Below, piece after piece: positions 18,583 to 20,000 of a stretch of 20,000 nt of DNA. Position 1 is the stretch's first letter, and each line of letters opens with the position of its first letter. The notes beneath the pieces are model-generated. The model was not told where the DNA came from. It was given only the letters and a program-made list of their open reading frames with translations, and made no database searches. Source of the DNA: Perkinsus olseni. Taxonomy: Eukaryota. The DNA is taken from NCBI GenBank assembly GCA_013115125.1, contig JABANN010000101.1, positions 53,280 to 73,279 of the forward strand, written 5' to 3'. The translations under genes and the position numbers were made by a program.

Positions 18583-19465
18583 CTACAAATGGCTGCTGCT
18601 GCGGCTGTCATCCAGCAGTAGAGAGGCGAAGCTCGGGTGTTTAGGTAGAAAGGTTTGGGAGATGTAGCTACAAGTGGGGATCACTTTGTATCCGTTCGAC
18701 TTGGCATACTCGAATGCAGCTGTAGCGAGCAGAGCGGCCAAACCCTGAGCATTCATGTTCAGGCACTAGCAGGGTACCGGAGAAACGACCGCTACCCGCT
18801 ATCACCAACTCTGCCTTAATAAACGACAAGCGTGGTAACCTTACGTCTAAGTACTAGGAGAGTACTCCAAGTAACACAGCAGCGCCTCGCAACCGAGTAT
18901 GTTGCGCTCACAACGAGGAACTTGAGTGTGATCGTGGTGGCGCACACGCTAAATGGACTTTTGTTTATAGTGAGATCACTTCCCCAGCTATCCGCCGGAA
19001 CAATACGTCTTAACCTATGACCATGCCAGATGCAAGGCGCTTACACGGCAGGATGCCCGTGGATGGTGCAACTGCTCGGGGATCCACTGCAATGAACTTT
19101 TCAACGGGAATTTATGCCAACGCTCGAGTCGAATTTGAATCCACCCTAAAGAGATGCTGGCGAGGCTGATCATATTGGCAGGAAGGCCCGACCGGTCTAA
19201 GAAAACGATCCCACTCAACCATGTTTTTTGGCAGTTGTACCACTACTCTTGCTAACTAAACACGATATCGCACAGCCACATAGCAAGCGCACACCCCTCC
19301 CCTAGGTATTACCCTACCCCTGCCTGCTGGGGCAGTGAAGGTATGGGTGATGTCCAGAACCCTGCCACCAGTCGGTAAACGGTATTCCAAGTACGCTAGG
19401 GGACGAGCATTCTCTCCGATGTAGAACAGGTGCTTGGCTACGTCCTGTTGCACTGAGGGCTCCAT
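18583..19465 (-). CDS. Minimal GNAT acetyltransferase (YjdJ/NATD1/At1g77540-like), 104 aa, C-terminal PTS1 SHL
   Basis: Exon 1 19465-19313 (LAYLEY...LDITHTFTAPAGRGR) joins across a 568-nt GT-AG intron to exon 2 18744-18583 (GLAALLATAAFEYAKSNGYKVIPTCSYISQTFLPKHP...SSSHL*), restoring the RGxGLA acetyl-CoA motif and the family P-x-C-S-Y motif. Confidence 0.92.
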
Positions 19466-20000
19466 AATAATACCGGGTAGGCTATTCAAAAACTAAGAGA
19501 GGGTCGAGTCCTCTAGTAACCGGTCGCAGCCGCCATTACTCCCACGACCGTGTGAAGAAGTCCTCACTGCTGTTGCATCATGCGACCATTGCCCCCTACC
19601 GCGCTGTCTCCGGTAAAGCACGGAGACAGCGTAAGACCTGCTGCCTGATACATGGCCAGGGAACGTGTGTTGTGCACTATGGCAGTAGTAACTTGGATAC
19701 GCTCGCGAGTAGATCCTCAAATCCGGTCCGTGATCAAGCTCATTGCCCTCCTAGTCTCACCGGTTCCCCCACGGGACGCGCTAGTTGTCAAATTAGAGCG
19801 CAACCCAAGAATGCGCTATTGATCGCGCGCGCCCGTATAATCGATTTCTCATCAGCATGATACGAATGAATATTATTTGAGAACTATAAAGGATTATTGG
19901 TCACTACGTCACAGTAGTCTACGTGCTGCTGCGTGAAACACAATCCTGTCCCTTCAGGGCGCTCGCATGTTTTGCAATGCCTTCTGCCTGATTCGCTAGA

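Noticed and set aside
1-20000. Prokaryotic-type systems (CRISPR, operons, IS elements), rRNA or tRNA genes, or a non-standard genetic code
   Set aside because: No regular repeat-spacer array, transposase, RT or tRNA/rRNA signature was seen. The fragmented ORFs are explained by GT-AG introns under the standard code.

Overview
This window is gene-dense eukaryotic nuclear DNA, not prokaryotic: genes are split by many short (mostly 40-110 nt) GT-AG introns, so the supplied ORF track shows only exon fragments. The gene content (CDPK, EGF/TSR adhesin, DNAJB13-like flagellar Hsp40) and architecture point to a flagellated alveolate, most plausibly Perkinsus (inference). Manual splicing gives: the 5' end of a possible F-box gene (-), a DNAJB13/RSP16-like Hsp40 (-), a two-RRM protein (+), an intronless divergent cytochrome-b5-reductase-like protein (+), then five consecutive minus-strand genes: L-threonine aldolase, a large type-I membrane EGF/TSR adhesin, a filamin-repeat/coiled-coil protein, a CDPK and a minimal GNAT acetyltransferase ending in a PTS1. 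No rRNA, tRNA, CRISPR array or intact mobile element was recognised. The strongest leads are the MIC/TRAP-like adhesin (cyclic RGD, acidic tail) and the GNAT gene's unusually long intron, which hides a possible alternative terminal exon that would remove the peroxisomal signal.
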